Assembly (NCBI RefSeq): GCF_032191835.1
Contig: NC_083230.1
Location: 24,428,001-24,492,000 of the forward strand
From: Heteronotia binoei
Lineage: Eukaryota
DNA length: 64,000 nt
Direction of reading: 5' to 3'
This document shows positions 1 through 12,654 of the stretch, piece after piece. Both the position numbers and the translations under genes were made by a program. The notes beneath the pieces were generated by a model that made no database searches, had not been told where the DNA came from, and saw only the letters and a list, made by a program, of their open reading frames with translations. Position 1 is the first letter of the stretch. The number at the start of each line of letters is the position of its first letter.

Positions 1-1716
1 TGAGAGAGGGGGCACTGCCACAAAACAGCTGCCACAGCGGGGTACAGCCAACAACAAAATGGACACTATGGAATCTGAAGTCAATGGGATTTGAACTTGG
101 GAGGTTCCAAAACAAGTATAATTTTATTACGGGGGCAGTCATTTTCAAATGAGTGCTTTCTGAAGACATAAAAATGATGCCTTCTGGAATTGCAGAAGCT
201 CCTCCTGTTCCAATGAGGTGGCGAAAAGTCAGGTCTGGTTCTTTGTTTTGTGGAAGAGATGCTTTAGGAAAGGAGGCGGCCACCAGAAATCACATAGTTG
301 GGCACTGAGATGCCCACAGGTGCAACACTGAAATCATTGGTACAGGGGGAAAAAATCCATTATCATAATGTCATTGTGTGGCATGGTTATATTTGGAGTA
401 TTGTTCCGATTGCCTCCTCTCCAAACACGATCACACAGTCATAAAATGTTCAGAATCCAACAACTAAAATAACCAAGTAATTGGAGCACATTCTCTATGA
501 GGAATAGCTATAACATTCAGAGATTTTTAGTTTACAAAAAATGACAGAGTGATAGAACGGCAGTCCCCCAATTTTATTGAACCCATAGGCAATTTTGTAA
601 TTTTGAGAACAAAGTAAGAGGCGTCACAACAAAATGATGGCCATAGGGTGGCCTCTGTTAGAAACAGGTGGCTGGATTAGAGAGATCATTGGTTCAGTAC
701 AGCCAGACTCTTCTTATGTAAGACCAAAAGCATGCTGCTTAATTAAATGTAGCCATCCCTTGTTGAATGAGACTGGATTTGTATTTAGTTCTGGCTCAAA
801 CCTTGTAGCTGTTGATTGAGCTTTCTGTTTCTGTTGACTTAGGCTCTTTGCTGTGCAGTCCATGTACCATATATGAGATTGCGGTAAAAATCCAAGGTAC
901 CCAGTCATTCATGCAACTACTATGTTTGTACCTAAGAACATTTGACTTTAAATAATTTAGGATTAAACCATTATTTTGTCTGGGAACTATTTTTCATTCT
1001 ATCCCACTCTTTTCAAATAGCACAGACTAGCATAAGTGGGGTTAATCCACGATTATTTTAACAGTCTTTTGAGATAGGTTAGACATAGTCACATGTCCAA
1101 AGACATTTCCTGTTTGCTTCACCAATCATTGAAAAGGATTAAGGATGCACGGATATCTGCCTGTTCAGCTCACACAGTTTGGCAGCTACAAACAGAGATC
1201 TGATTTTTCAGTTATCAGTTCAACAGTTTAGTGATCTGCTTGTGGGTATCTGGTGGGTATTCCTTACTGTATCCTTACACCATTTGGCAGGTATTCCGTT
1301 GTCACTGAGCCCAACTGAGTTTTACTCCCTCTTCCACATCCTTGCTGCATAACTACTCTGCCCAGTTGACAATTGTTTAAATAGACAATTTGATCACTCA
1401 CAAATCCTATACAAAATAAATGCTGTGTTTCAATAAAATCCTACCTGTTGGTGTTTGTCTAAGTTGTCCCTAGTGATACTAATGACTGCCAATCAGTTTG
1501 AATTAGCAGTGCCTTTGTGCACGCACATTTTGGAAAACCTGATGCAAACTGGTTTGGCAGGCATTCACAGCTGCTCAGCACAAACCAAACCAGCATGGTG
1601 ATGAGCTCACATCTGATTGCCACCTTTGAGCAATGTAAGTCTACCATACAACACCTCTAATAAAGATGTGAACCCAAGTCTGTCCTATTCAGAGTCCAAT
1701 GCTCTATCTTCTATTA

Positions 1717-1852
1717 CAGGGGTGGTCAACGGTAGCTCTCCAGATGTTTTTTGCCTACAACTCCCATCAGCCCTAGCCAGCATGGCCAATGGCTGGGGCG
1801 GATGGGAGTTGTAGGCAAAAAATATCTGGAGAGCTACCGTTGGCCACCCCTG
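1717..1852. mobile_element. Non-autonomous hAT MITE (136 bp)
   Basis: 52-bp inverted arms with 2 mismatches (CAGGGGTGG(T/C)CAAC...), perfect 8-bp TSD TTCTATTA on both sides. Confidence 0.9.
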
Positions 1853-2409
1853 TTCTATTATACACTGGCTCCTAGATCAGTTTTAGGATTTCTCTTTTTA
1901 TAGACAAACTTGGCTCTGTTACCTGCTTACTGAACTAATTAAGTTTCCACACTGAATCATTTTAACTATGTATAAGCTACATTGCCTCTGTATATAGCTG
2001 ATTTCATTCCATTGAAGTATTTATGTGAAAACATGAATGGACATTGTGGTGGTGGTGTATGTGTGGGGGAAAGCAGCCTTTTAAATTCCAATCTTGGAAT
2101 GTGTGATATTTTCTTTAGTGTTTACTGTACTACTTCAATGTTCTAATGCACCATTAAACTAGAATTTAATAGCCTAAGGTATATGGTAAAAAATGATAGA
2201 CAAGAATGCAGTGGGCATCCTGTCCCCATAAAAATCTGGCTGCCATCCATTATTAGACAATGCACATCAGATGCATTTTTGACTCATTGTTTCACAATAA
2301 ACATCTGAATCAATGACAAATCTTTAACATACCGGTTGTAAAAACACTGTAGTAATTCAGTACTAGAAAGCTGGTAACAAAATGTTAGTGCTTCCATGAT
2401 ATATCTTGT

Positions 2410-2605
2410 GTGTGTTACTTCCTTTGTTGAGTTGCCGGATTTTCAAGACAAAAAGCTAAACAGAGGAGGTTTGTCATTGCCTTCGTCTGCATAGCAAAAA
2501 TGGATTTCCTTCGAGGTCTTCCATCCAGTACTAATCAGGGTTGTCTCCACTTAGCTTCTGAGATCTGACTAGATCAGGCTAACCTAGGTTTATCCAGGAT
2601 AGGGC
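2410..2605 (-). mobile_element. 5S rRNA-headed SINE (5S-Sauria-like), degraded
   Basis: 2500-2580 matches the reverse complement of the 5S rRNA internal promoter region (CCATCCAGTACTAA...CTTAGCTTCTGAGATCTGAC); adjacent GGTTTGTCATTGCCTTC resembles the Sauria SINE body. Confidence 0.6.
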
Positions 2606-2657
2606 TCCGTTCAATAGGACACACTGCCAAATAAGGAAGCTTTAGAGTGGTGATGAT

Positions 2658-4826
2658 TAGGGGTGTGCATTCGGTTCAGCCGAACTGAATAGACTGCCGA
2701 ATACCCCCTGATTCAGAAGTATACGGCATCGTATACTTCCGAATCCAATTAGAAGGCGTTACACAGGAGCCAAATCAATATTTGGAAGTATATGGAACTC
2801 AATGTAAAAGGCGGGAAAGGAGCTTCTGCAGCCTCAGGGAAGCTACTTGCCTCCTTTCCTGCCTTTGGAAGCCTTTTCCCGTCTCTCCCATAGCCTCCCT
2901 GGGATCGGGGAGGGAGGGGGAGGGAGAGAGGAGCCCCAGCAGCCGATCCAAAGCATGCATTTGCAAAATTCATTGCAAATGCATGCTTTGCAGGGCTGTT
3001 GTGTAGCTGATGGCTGGGCTAATCCCCCAGCCATCAGCAACACTGTTGTTCTTTTGTTTATTTGGGTATCCAAGTAAACACTGTTCTCTGGGTACAGAGT
3101 AGTGGTATTTTTTGAAACTGCTCTGTGTAGGGCCAGAGAACCTTTTTAAGGAGTCTGCCTGGCTGGACTCCATTCCATTGCTGCTGTGTTGGTGTTGGTG
3201 TGAGAGAAAGATTGTGCTGTGCTGGCCCTTGGCCTCAGCTACTGCTGCTCTCTCTCAGCCTTGCCTGACCTGCCTGGAGAAGACATCTAAGGTAAGACAG
3301 TCTTGGGGTTCTTGTTTTTGTTTTAAAAGTAAAAGGACTTTTTAAGACTCAGAGTCCTTTTACTTATCCAGATTTGGGTGGGTGGGTAGCTTATTTGGGG
3401 TTGGTTAGGGGTTCTGCTGGGGGTGGGGGTCTGGGGTGGGGGGTTTGCCAATTTGCCTATATCTAACTTTAGTGAGAGGACTTTTAAAAGTGCATTGTCT
3501 TTTTACTTTTCCTGATTTGAGTAGCTTGGATTTCTTGGGTTAGGGTGAAGGTTTTTTGGGGGGGAGGGGTTGGCTAAGTTCCTGTATTGTTAAAAGTCAT
3601 GTTTGTTACTGTTTTAAAAGGATTCTGTTTGATTTGTTGTTGCTGTATTGTGCTGCTGTTGTTCCTTTTCTCTTCTGGTTCTGACTCTTTTTTTTGGGGG
3701 GGGGGGTCTGTTTGGCCTAATTTTTATTGTTAAAAAGTTCAGTTTTTAACAGTTGAGTTTGTTGCCCTTTCCTCAGTTGAATTTGTTTGGATCTGTTGTT
3801 GTTGGTTTTGCATCCTGTCCTGTTGTCCCTTTTCCTGGTTCTGTTTTTTTTGGGGGGGGGTGTTGACTGATTTGTCTAGGATGCTATTCGCCCAAGAGCC
3901 GGTGCTGCAAGGGTGTCTGTACAGGGGTGACCCACTTGGAGAGGGAATGCTTGTCCCTGCTTCCTTGACCCTTGGGGCATATGTGCCTTGGCCACTGAAG
4001 TTCTCTGTGCCTAGAACCAAAATTTATTTTCTGCAGGTGGGCCAGGGGAGATGCAGCCAATCACAATGGTGCAGGTGGCTCCCTTGATGGGCAGAAGGGT
4101 CAGCTCTGCCTGATAATCATGTTGTTTGGGCTGAGGAGGGTGAGCCTGAGGAGGCAAAGCCACCCATGACTCTGCAGATGGCTCCCAGGCCCAGGGCAGG
4201 GTTGACCCTTCCCATTTATCACATTGTTGGTTGACGGAGGGTGAGCCCAAGGAGACACAGCCAGCTGCAACTGCGCAGGAGTCTTCTGGTCCTGGGTGGG
4301 GTGGGTGGTCTTCTCCTGCCCAGTGATGACGTTTTTAGTTGGACAGAGGGTGGTCTGGTCTATGCACTCCTGAACCCATGCCCAACATCTCTCCAAAAAG
4401 CACTTTCCTGTGGGTACCATAACTTGGACCCCCCTCCCCCAATCTGACCCACACGCAATTTATGAGGCATATGGAGGGGCATTCCCAGGAGGTACTCTGC
4501 AAATTGGATGCCTCTAGCTCACCCAGTGTCCATTCTATACACTCATGAAATATTGCCTGACCTTTCATTGAAAAGCACTGTCCTGGGACACCTTGTTTAG
4601 GGGTCTGTAACTCGGCCCCCCAAGTTCAATCTTCCTGAAACTTGGTGGGCATATAGAGGAAAGTCAACTAGAGATATCCTGTGATTTTAGAGCCTCTAGG
4701 CTTCTGGAGGGGGGTGGCATTTTTCAAACTAGTTTTTGAACCAGTTTGGGTTTGGTTTGCAAACTGGTTCAGAATCGGGCCAGTTTGGTTCATGAACTGA
4801 ACCAGGATTTCCCAGTCTGTGCCCTA
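2658..4826. mobile_element. Large non-autonomous DNA transposon-like element
   Basis: Starts TAGGGGTGTGCA, ends TGTGCCCTA; subterminal GAAC/TTCG-type repeats; non-coding G/T-rich interior; no clear TSD. Confidence 0.5.
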
Positions 4827-6749
4827 CTACTGAGTAAACCTTTGTTACAGGGACAGGACATTTCCACCCCCACTAGCTGGCAACCTTAACAGCAGGAAGG
4901 GAATGTGAAATGGTTGGATACGTGTTGGTCACTGCAATCTGTCAAAGCTAAGCTGTGAGAAACAGCTTTCTTCCTCAGCACTGCAAATAGCTACAGTGAA
5001 AATCCAAATAAATGTTTGCATACACTATGACTGTATTGCATGGTAGCCTTTTGGGCAAGTAAATGCTATTGAAATAATTTCCTCCCATGAAATCTACTAA
5101 TCTTTTTAAAAATCATGTCATGGGGCAGCATACATAGTTCTTCCCTTCTTCCGGTTTCTTTCTACAAACAATATTATAAAGTAGACTAGATGAGAAAGTG
5201 AGGTCCACTTGTGAGCATCACAGCAGATATGGGATTTGAACCTGAGTCTTCTTGGTCCATAAGTCCAACACTGGAACTGTCTCTGCCTCAGGGTAAAAGC
5301 CTATCATATTGATGTATCAAAACTCCATCAGCATAGCCAGAATGCCACACCAAAACAACCTTCACGTGAATGGTAAATTCAGCTAAATGAAAACAATAGC
5401 AAAATTAAAGGCAAAATCTTAGTTTTAAGACGTGTTATTCAATCTCTACAGAATGTCATCTTCTAGGCAATCCTCAGCAGGTATACTCAGAAGTCCTATG
5501 TTATGCAATGGGGCCTACTCCCAGGAAAGTGTCCTTAAGGTTGCAGCTGAAGGCTAGAATCCTGTGAACGCTAATCAGAGAGTAAATCCCGTTGTACAAA
5601 GTGGAACTTACTTCTGAGTAAATTTGCATAGAATTGCCCCCTGAATTACCTTGTCTGGCAATATCAAACACTAAGGTTTTGACAACCAGTTATTAATGGG
5701 GGAAATATTGGTTGGTTATTTTCTAAATATTTGATTTTTCTCTACTGCATATTTCACTACAGGAGAATTACTGCCAACTTAGGACTGTCAATGGACTGTC
5801 TGACTTGGAACGCGTCCCACAATGTAAGGCATTTACATCAAAGCAATTAGATTATAAAGCCACATATAAAATTGTGTTTCGTATTCCACAGGATAAACAG
5901 AGTGTTTGCAGGATTTGTTTACACTTGCTTTTATAAGTCACCTTGAGCCTCCACGGATAGACAAATCACACCTAAGACTCCAGTTACCTGTAATGGGAAT
6001 ATTTTCTGATTCTTTATCTGTCCTCTTTCTAATCAGTATTTTTTTAAAGGTCTCTTTCTTTATGAACAGCACCATCTACTGTTATTTCAGAGCTGCACAA
6101 GGAACAAGATTTAAATTTTTAGGATTTTTGCTAGCCTTGTTGCTATCTTTGGGTTCTGAACAGCAACTGAAACTTGGCTGACTGCCCATATTCTCGTAGT
6201 CCTACGACTGTGGTTGGGATCACATTTCCATCCCAGCTGCATTTTTTTGTGGGGAGCAGGCTGATACAGATGTGACTTTACAACTGTGTGCTTATATTAT
6301 TCACTTACTACTTGCAGTTTTCCTTCAGTAACCCTCTCATGTACTGCTTTTTACTTTTGTAGTGCTTCTTATACTAGTCCTTAATATACTCTAATACAAA
6401 AACACCCCACAAACTTTTTTTTAACCAAAAATATTGATCATTGGAAGCATTTTAAATGCACTCCAGAGATAAAACCCCTCCTGACAATCTGATAAAACTC
6501 CTCCTGATAACTTTGAGAACATTATCTCTCAACAGAAATATATGTTCTTGGGGTACAAAAATACTCCAGCTACAAACAATATTAGAAATTGTTAATGTTA
6601 GATGTTTTCCTTTTTATGTTTATGAGTTTATTTTCTAATCTCTTAGGCTTAAAACATTTTAACTGAAAATTATACATATACTAGGAATAAGGTCCATTGT
6701 GAAGAAAAACACAATGGGCTCTAGAAACAGGCTCTGGGCAGGTGCCCCT

Positions 6750-7009
6750 TACCCTTGCTGTCTTCTCACCCATCCAAGTGAAGGCATTCACCCCCCCCCC
6801 CACTTCAAGGGAGGCTGATCTCTGCCATCTGGCTCGCAGTTGTAATTCTGAGTGACCTCCAGCCCTCACCTAGAGATTGGCAACACTCGTTCCCTGGGAG
6901 GAAATGTCATTGTACCTGTCTGAGGTCCCACCCCTCCTCAATCCCCACTCTCTTCAGGCTCCATCCCTTAAATCTCCAGGAATGTCCTAACCTGGAGTTG
7001 GCAACCCTA
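6750..7009. repeat. Interspersed repeat with hAT-Blackjack-like TGGCAACCCTA module
   Basis: Similar to 37490-37700 and 38090-38290 (shared AAGTGAAGGCATT...TCAAGGG(G)AG). Confidence 0.55.
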
Positions 7010-9900
7010 TCTCCTTTCCTTTATCTGCCCCTCTGACTTCAGATTTCCATCGGTTTTCCCATCCCTGCAGTCTTTTTCCACAGTGTGTGTGTATGCGGGG
7101 GACCAAAGCAGCTTACATCATTCTCCTCTCCCCCCTTTGATCTGAACAACAACCCTGTGAGGCAGGTTAAGCTGGAAGTCTGCGACTGGTCCAAAATCAC
7201 CCAATTCGCCTTAACTCCTATGCCCTCCTCAGACTCCACTACAGATTTTCCAGGCATTTCCCACCAACCTAAAACTGGCAGCTATAGTCAGGACTGGCTA
7301 GCCCCAATGAATTCTGCCTCAGAGGCCTTTAGTGATATCTTTTAGATCAACAGTCTGTCTCTGATAACATTGTTGGTTTTAAGCAGAAGACTTCAATCTC
7401 TCTCTGTGTCTTGCTTTCCCTCCATTATCTCTCTGTCTCTGTAGCTGGTCTGTTGCCACAGGACGTCATTTTTTCCCTTTTCCAGAGGAGGATAGGGAGG
7501 AGTCCTCAGCCAATCAAGGGAAAAGCTTTCCCTGGATGTTTCCCTCCCTCAGTCAATCAAGGGAAGGGTTTCTTTCTCTCCTCTGAATCAGTGTGACAAG
7601 TGACTCAGTCAATGGAAGAGTAGGGAGAGCCAGTAACTGCCAGAACTAAGGTTGGTTGCCTTTTACTGACAGAATCAGGTTTGCTGGCTAGCAACAGCCA
7701 CTCGGGTGGGAGAGAAGAGTGGACTCAACCAATTGCACACAAGTACTCTTGACTGATAGTTTGATAGACGGCCCAAAGGCTGATGCACCACAGTCTCAGT
7801 CAGTCCCAATCAATCAGATTGCTCGGTTTTGCAAAGGCAAAAGAGCTTTTATTATATTACAGATAACACTTGGTGAATTGGTGTGCGTTATTTAATATGC
7901 AATGGAGATGGGGTGAATCTATTCAAAATAATCATTCCACCTCATCTGAATATATGTATTTCAGATTCTTTCTTCTCCAAAGCATCCCTCCCCAAACAAA
8001 GAGCCAATCTGCTACACTGGAGCAGAGGTTACTTCAAAAGAAGCCAGGAGGCACCAACTTTATGTCTTCATGGGATACTCATTTGGAAACAGCTGTCTCC
8101 TCCATAAAAGGGTGATTGGTTTGGAAGGGTGATTTTGATGAATAGTTTATGTTAAGACCAGGCCCTGTATCAACCATGGACACAATAATAAACAAATATA
8201 AGTGAAAGGTTCTTTTTTTATTATTGTGTCCACAAATTTTTGTCTTGTTTTGGCTTTCTTAGCATACCGTGATGCTCTTATTGTTGGTTACCTGTATTAG
8301 TCATGGCAGCCATTTTGCTGTGGGGCCCACTACCCATTAGCAGAATTTCAAGAATCCTCAACAAGGTTTGCGATAGAAGAGCTATGGTGTACCATTTTGG
8401 GCAAAAGTCAGTAGACATTTTCCAGCAGCGTTTAGGAATACTAAAGAGCCAAGGGCAGATTCATCTGCTATAAAATCTTCCCAGACAAAAAGCCTAAGCC
8501 AACTGTGGTTGTGTGAACAGGCCCATAAAACAACTAAAGATTTGCTGCACACACACACACACTTCCATCAGTGTATTTATCATGCCTGGCAAAGGATGAC
8601 TCACCCCCTACGAGAAGACAGGCAAGATTTACTGGGCCATTCTCCACTCAGCAGAGTTCTGACAGATGGCATTTTGTAGACATAATTGCAGCTAAGAAGA
8701 TGTTGTCACAGTAGGATCATTATTGTCTGTGAGCACAGATCCTTGCTGATCTATGAGTCTGTCAAAGAAGGTTAACCTCAGGCTTTTGTGGGTACCACCT
8801 GGGTTCTAGAACTCTTTGACCAATTTACAATTTTCCCCGTCATTCAATAAAATTTCAGGCAGCATTGTGAAATAGGTGGCTGAAGATCAGACGTCAATGC
8901 TGACCTTCCCAGGCATTCTCTCATTTTATTTGCACAGGTCTCATAAACACTAACTTAGATTGTAATTAGACAGAAACAGTTTTCTATGATGCTTTCATTG
9001 GTGCTACAAAGGCAGAAACATGAATATACAGGGGCAAGGATGGATCATCCACATGATCAGCTGAGCAGTGGATTGTGCAGACATCTTGCCGTTTCTCAAG
9101 ACAATTTGGACAAAAACTGCCTCAACCTTCTCCTTAGATGTCAAGAATGAAAACAACTAAATAACGTCAAGATCTCGCTCTAATGTGAATGCGCTATTGC
9201 ACAATGGCAATCACAGGTTGTTGCTTTAAAACTCTTTAAAAGTCCCATAACGGCATGGCAGGGGAAATAGTGGACATGTGGGATTGGTGGAAGGACAGGA
9301 GTGCGGATGTTGGTGGAACTTTCAGAGATGTGCTCCTTCTCATTCATGGTGTGCAAACATCCTTAGACTGTATTCTTTTTTTTTTTGGGGGGGGGGGGGT
9401 CATAGCAAAGCAAGGGGAAACTTGGACAATCTGATGATTAGAGGATGATGTTGTATGGGTGCTAAATACAAAAATGGTTACGTTTGTAAACAAAGGCAGA
9501 CAAAACATCTTGGTGGATGCAGCCTTAGGTGGTATATGATTTCAGATGATGGCCATTGGGTTTGCTGTAGAACAGCTAGATTTGAGTTCAGTAACAACTC
9601 TCAGAGGCCAATGTTTTTGGTATCTAAGGGAGGTTTGACTTTTGAAAGCTTGTTGGTCTCTCAGGTGCTACTAGAATAAAATCTAGCTGCTATATGGTAC
9701 AAGTGACTTCAGCATTCCACTTTCTATAAAGATTAGGCCACAGTGGTTAATGGTTTCTTCTCAACATTTCCAGATTTTCTGTGTACCTTTTTCTAGCACA
9801 TGATACAAAAACAGATCCAAATTCGGTTTCCCACCAAAATGTTATTTGGAATTGACCCACAGTTTGCATAAAGACAACGAAGACCTGAGGTAGCCTTAAC

Positions 9901-10795
9901 CACGGACATAGCTATGAGGGGGCCTGTGGGGGTGAAGGCCAACTTCTGGGTGGGGCCCCCTTCTCTGGGTGCCCAGCTAGCCCCCGGGGCCTCTGCTGCA
10001 TCTTCCTCCATCCCCCCACTAAAATCTGGCCTGGAAAAGCAGCAGGAAGAGTTGCCAGCCTCCCTGAGCAATTTAAAGGGCTCGCCAATCAGCTGGTTGG
10101 CAGAGCCTTTAAATCATACCAGGCTAGGGCAGAAGAACCCCGCAGGCCTCAGGTGCTCATCGATCCCGAGGTCCCCAGCTGCCAGGACTGTACTTTCCCA
10201 GTGCCAGCTTGCCAGTTTGGGGGTGAGAGGGAAGTCTTGAAACAGAGTCCTCCACTGCCCCGGATGTCCACACATCGCCTCACCCCTCTACCCCTCCCCT
10301 CACCCCAGCCCTTACAGCACTCCACCTTTTGTGCTGCCCTGCCAACCTTCGCTGCTGCCTGGAGAGCCCCACTTGCCCTGCTCTGAGGAGGGACCCAGCT
10401 CCAAGCCACCTGCCCTTCCTCCACCTTTCATGCTGCCCTGCCAACCTGGCCCATCAGTGGGGCAGCTCCACTTCTGCCTAAAGAGCCCAGCCTGCGCTGC
10501 TCAGGGGAAGAACCCAGCTCCCAGCCGCCCTCCCTCTCAGTGCTGGGAAGATGCTCCCCACCACTACCACCCTGGCTTGCTGGCCAGGCTGCCTCCTCCC
10601 CACCCTCCCCGGCTCTCTGCTGTGCATGCTCAGAGGAGCCCCTAACCTTCGAGGGGCACAAGGCAGCTGCTGCTTCCTTCTGCCTCCCCCCCTCCCAGGC
10701 CCCTGCTCTGCTTTGGCGATGGCCCATTCCTCCTTGCCAGCTGGCGACCTGAAAAATTTCAAGGCTTGCTGATTCTTCATATCCTGGCTACGAGG
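9901..10795. mobile_element. GC-rich non-autonomous hAT(Tip100)-like element, degraded
   Basis: Abrupt GC-rich block bounded by weak inverted ends CATAGCTATG / CTGGCTACG; no TSD resolved. Confidence 0.3.
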
Positions 10796-12654
10796 ACCTT
10801 AATAGAAAGATTGAAATCACACAAGACAATAAATATGGATCATTACCTCAAAGACCATGTTGACAAGCTTGACTAGAGAGTACGCTGAACAGGACAGGAC
10901 AGCAGACTGTCTTTTGTATCTGAGAAAAATTTCAATGTGTTCTGAACACCTGGTACCACTGGATGAAATACTCAGATGTGGTAGGCCAAGTTTTCTGTGT
11001 AGATCATTGCTACTATGCTCTGTACCACTGGCCAGCTTCCACTACCATTCTTGGCTATTAAATTCTGGCTGCTGTAGCTGCTGAGATCTTCAAAATACAA
11101 AAAGATCAGCAGCCTCATTCTACTAGAAATGAGTAAATGCTCATCTCGTAGTTAAAATGTATTTACTGCACATCTTATCAGTTGCTCTGACAGAAATAAA
11201 GATTTTATCAGTCACCCCCCATGTGTTTAAAACAGGTTTCCTTTTTTTACATAGCCATTTCTTTGAAACCTTTTCAAAAACTAGTTCCATATATACAGGG
11301 CTGCAAAGGTCAAACATTTCAACACAATTTTAATCTCTCAGATTCTGCTGTATTTGTAAGACTCCTAAACTTTTACATTTGAATAGTCTTTTTCCATTTG
11401 AATATAGTTCTTTTGTCAAAAGTTTAAGATGATATTTACCTCCCCTGATTTCAGAAAATAAATGAGGTGATCCAATACTTGGGAAGCAAAGGACAAATAT
11501 AGATGGGGAATAATTCAGAGAAGTATAGGGAGACTTTCATGTATTTTTTCTATGACCTCATGTGCTCTTTAACAACTAAGAATTTGTCTGAAAATGCTGT
11601 TAGATTTCATTGCTATATATGTTCCAAGTCTAACTGAAGCACTGAGTTAAAAGCAAAGTTGGGACCAAATTAGAATGTTGCAGAGTGATCTGAGATTAGA
11701 TCTTTATAATATTTTTAAAAGGGAAGTAGCGGCTGTATGGGCCCCAGACTAGGACCAAAGCTAGGAAGCTTTACAAGGCTATGAGGTTTTACCCCTTTTC
11801 CTGTGCAGTTGCTGCTTAAACTTCCCTGTTCAGATACAGTGAGGGAGCTCTTGGGCCAAATATATGAAGACATCTCTGTTACACTGGCAATGTCACACAT
11901 ATGATTTCTTGGACTAGGACCAATGTACTTGTTGGGCAGGGCTGCCTATTATCCCACTATGTCAATGACCCACTACTGTTAATATAATCTTACCTGTAAT
12001 TGTTAGCAGTCAGACCCCTCCTCTCACTGAGGGGCAGTTTATAGATAGAAAACCAAAACAGACAGACAGACAGACAGTGCATGGCAGGCAGTATATGGCA
12101 GCTTATAGTATTTGAGCATGCTCAAGTATCATGACCTGCCACACACTGCGCAGCCCAAAATGACACATAATGGATGCCAGCTGGGGACAAATTTGGACAT
12201 ATAGTTTAGAAATGTGAGAAAGAGCAGCTGGCCAGCTAACGACTTCCTCTCCCACCCTAGGAAGATGTATAATTTAGGACAGGCATGTCCAACTTCGAAC
12301 AGGTCGTGATCTATTTTTTCCGGACAAAAGTGCTGGTGATCTACCACCATGAAAATTAAGTTTCAAATTAGTTTCGAATTAGATTTTAACCCACCAAAGT
12401 TGGGTTCCACGGCCCCCCCTCCCATTTACAATGCACCTTCTGTCATTTACTGGTAAGCAAAATAAGCAAAAACAAAACAGAGACAAAGATCCAGAAAGAA
12501 CTGCTAACAGTTTTTCTTACATTTTTATTGTTATAACTTTCTTTAACTGTCTTAATAACTTTCTTTAACTTTTATTGAGTAATTTGTGTTAAATGTAGGT
12601 CAAGTATCGATCCAGGCAGATCTTGCACAATCTTTAAAACGTCGCTGTTGCTAA

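Noticed and set aside
3376-3443. G-quadruplex-forming G-runs
   Set aside because: Inside a repeat family 18 kb from POT1; no reason to infer function
7300-7860. LTR-like segments meeting at TGTGACA (about 7592)
   Set aside because: Could not define both ends or a TSD
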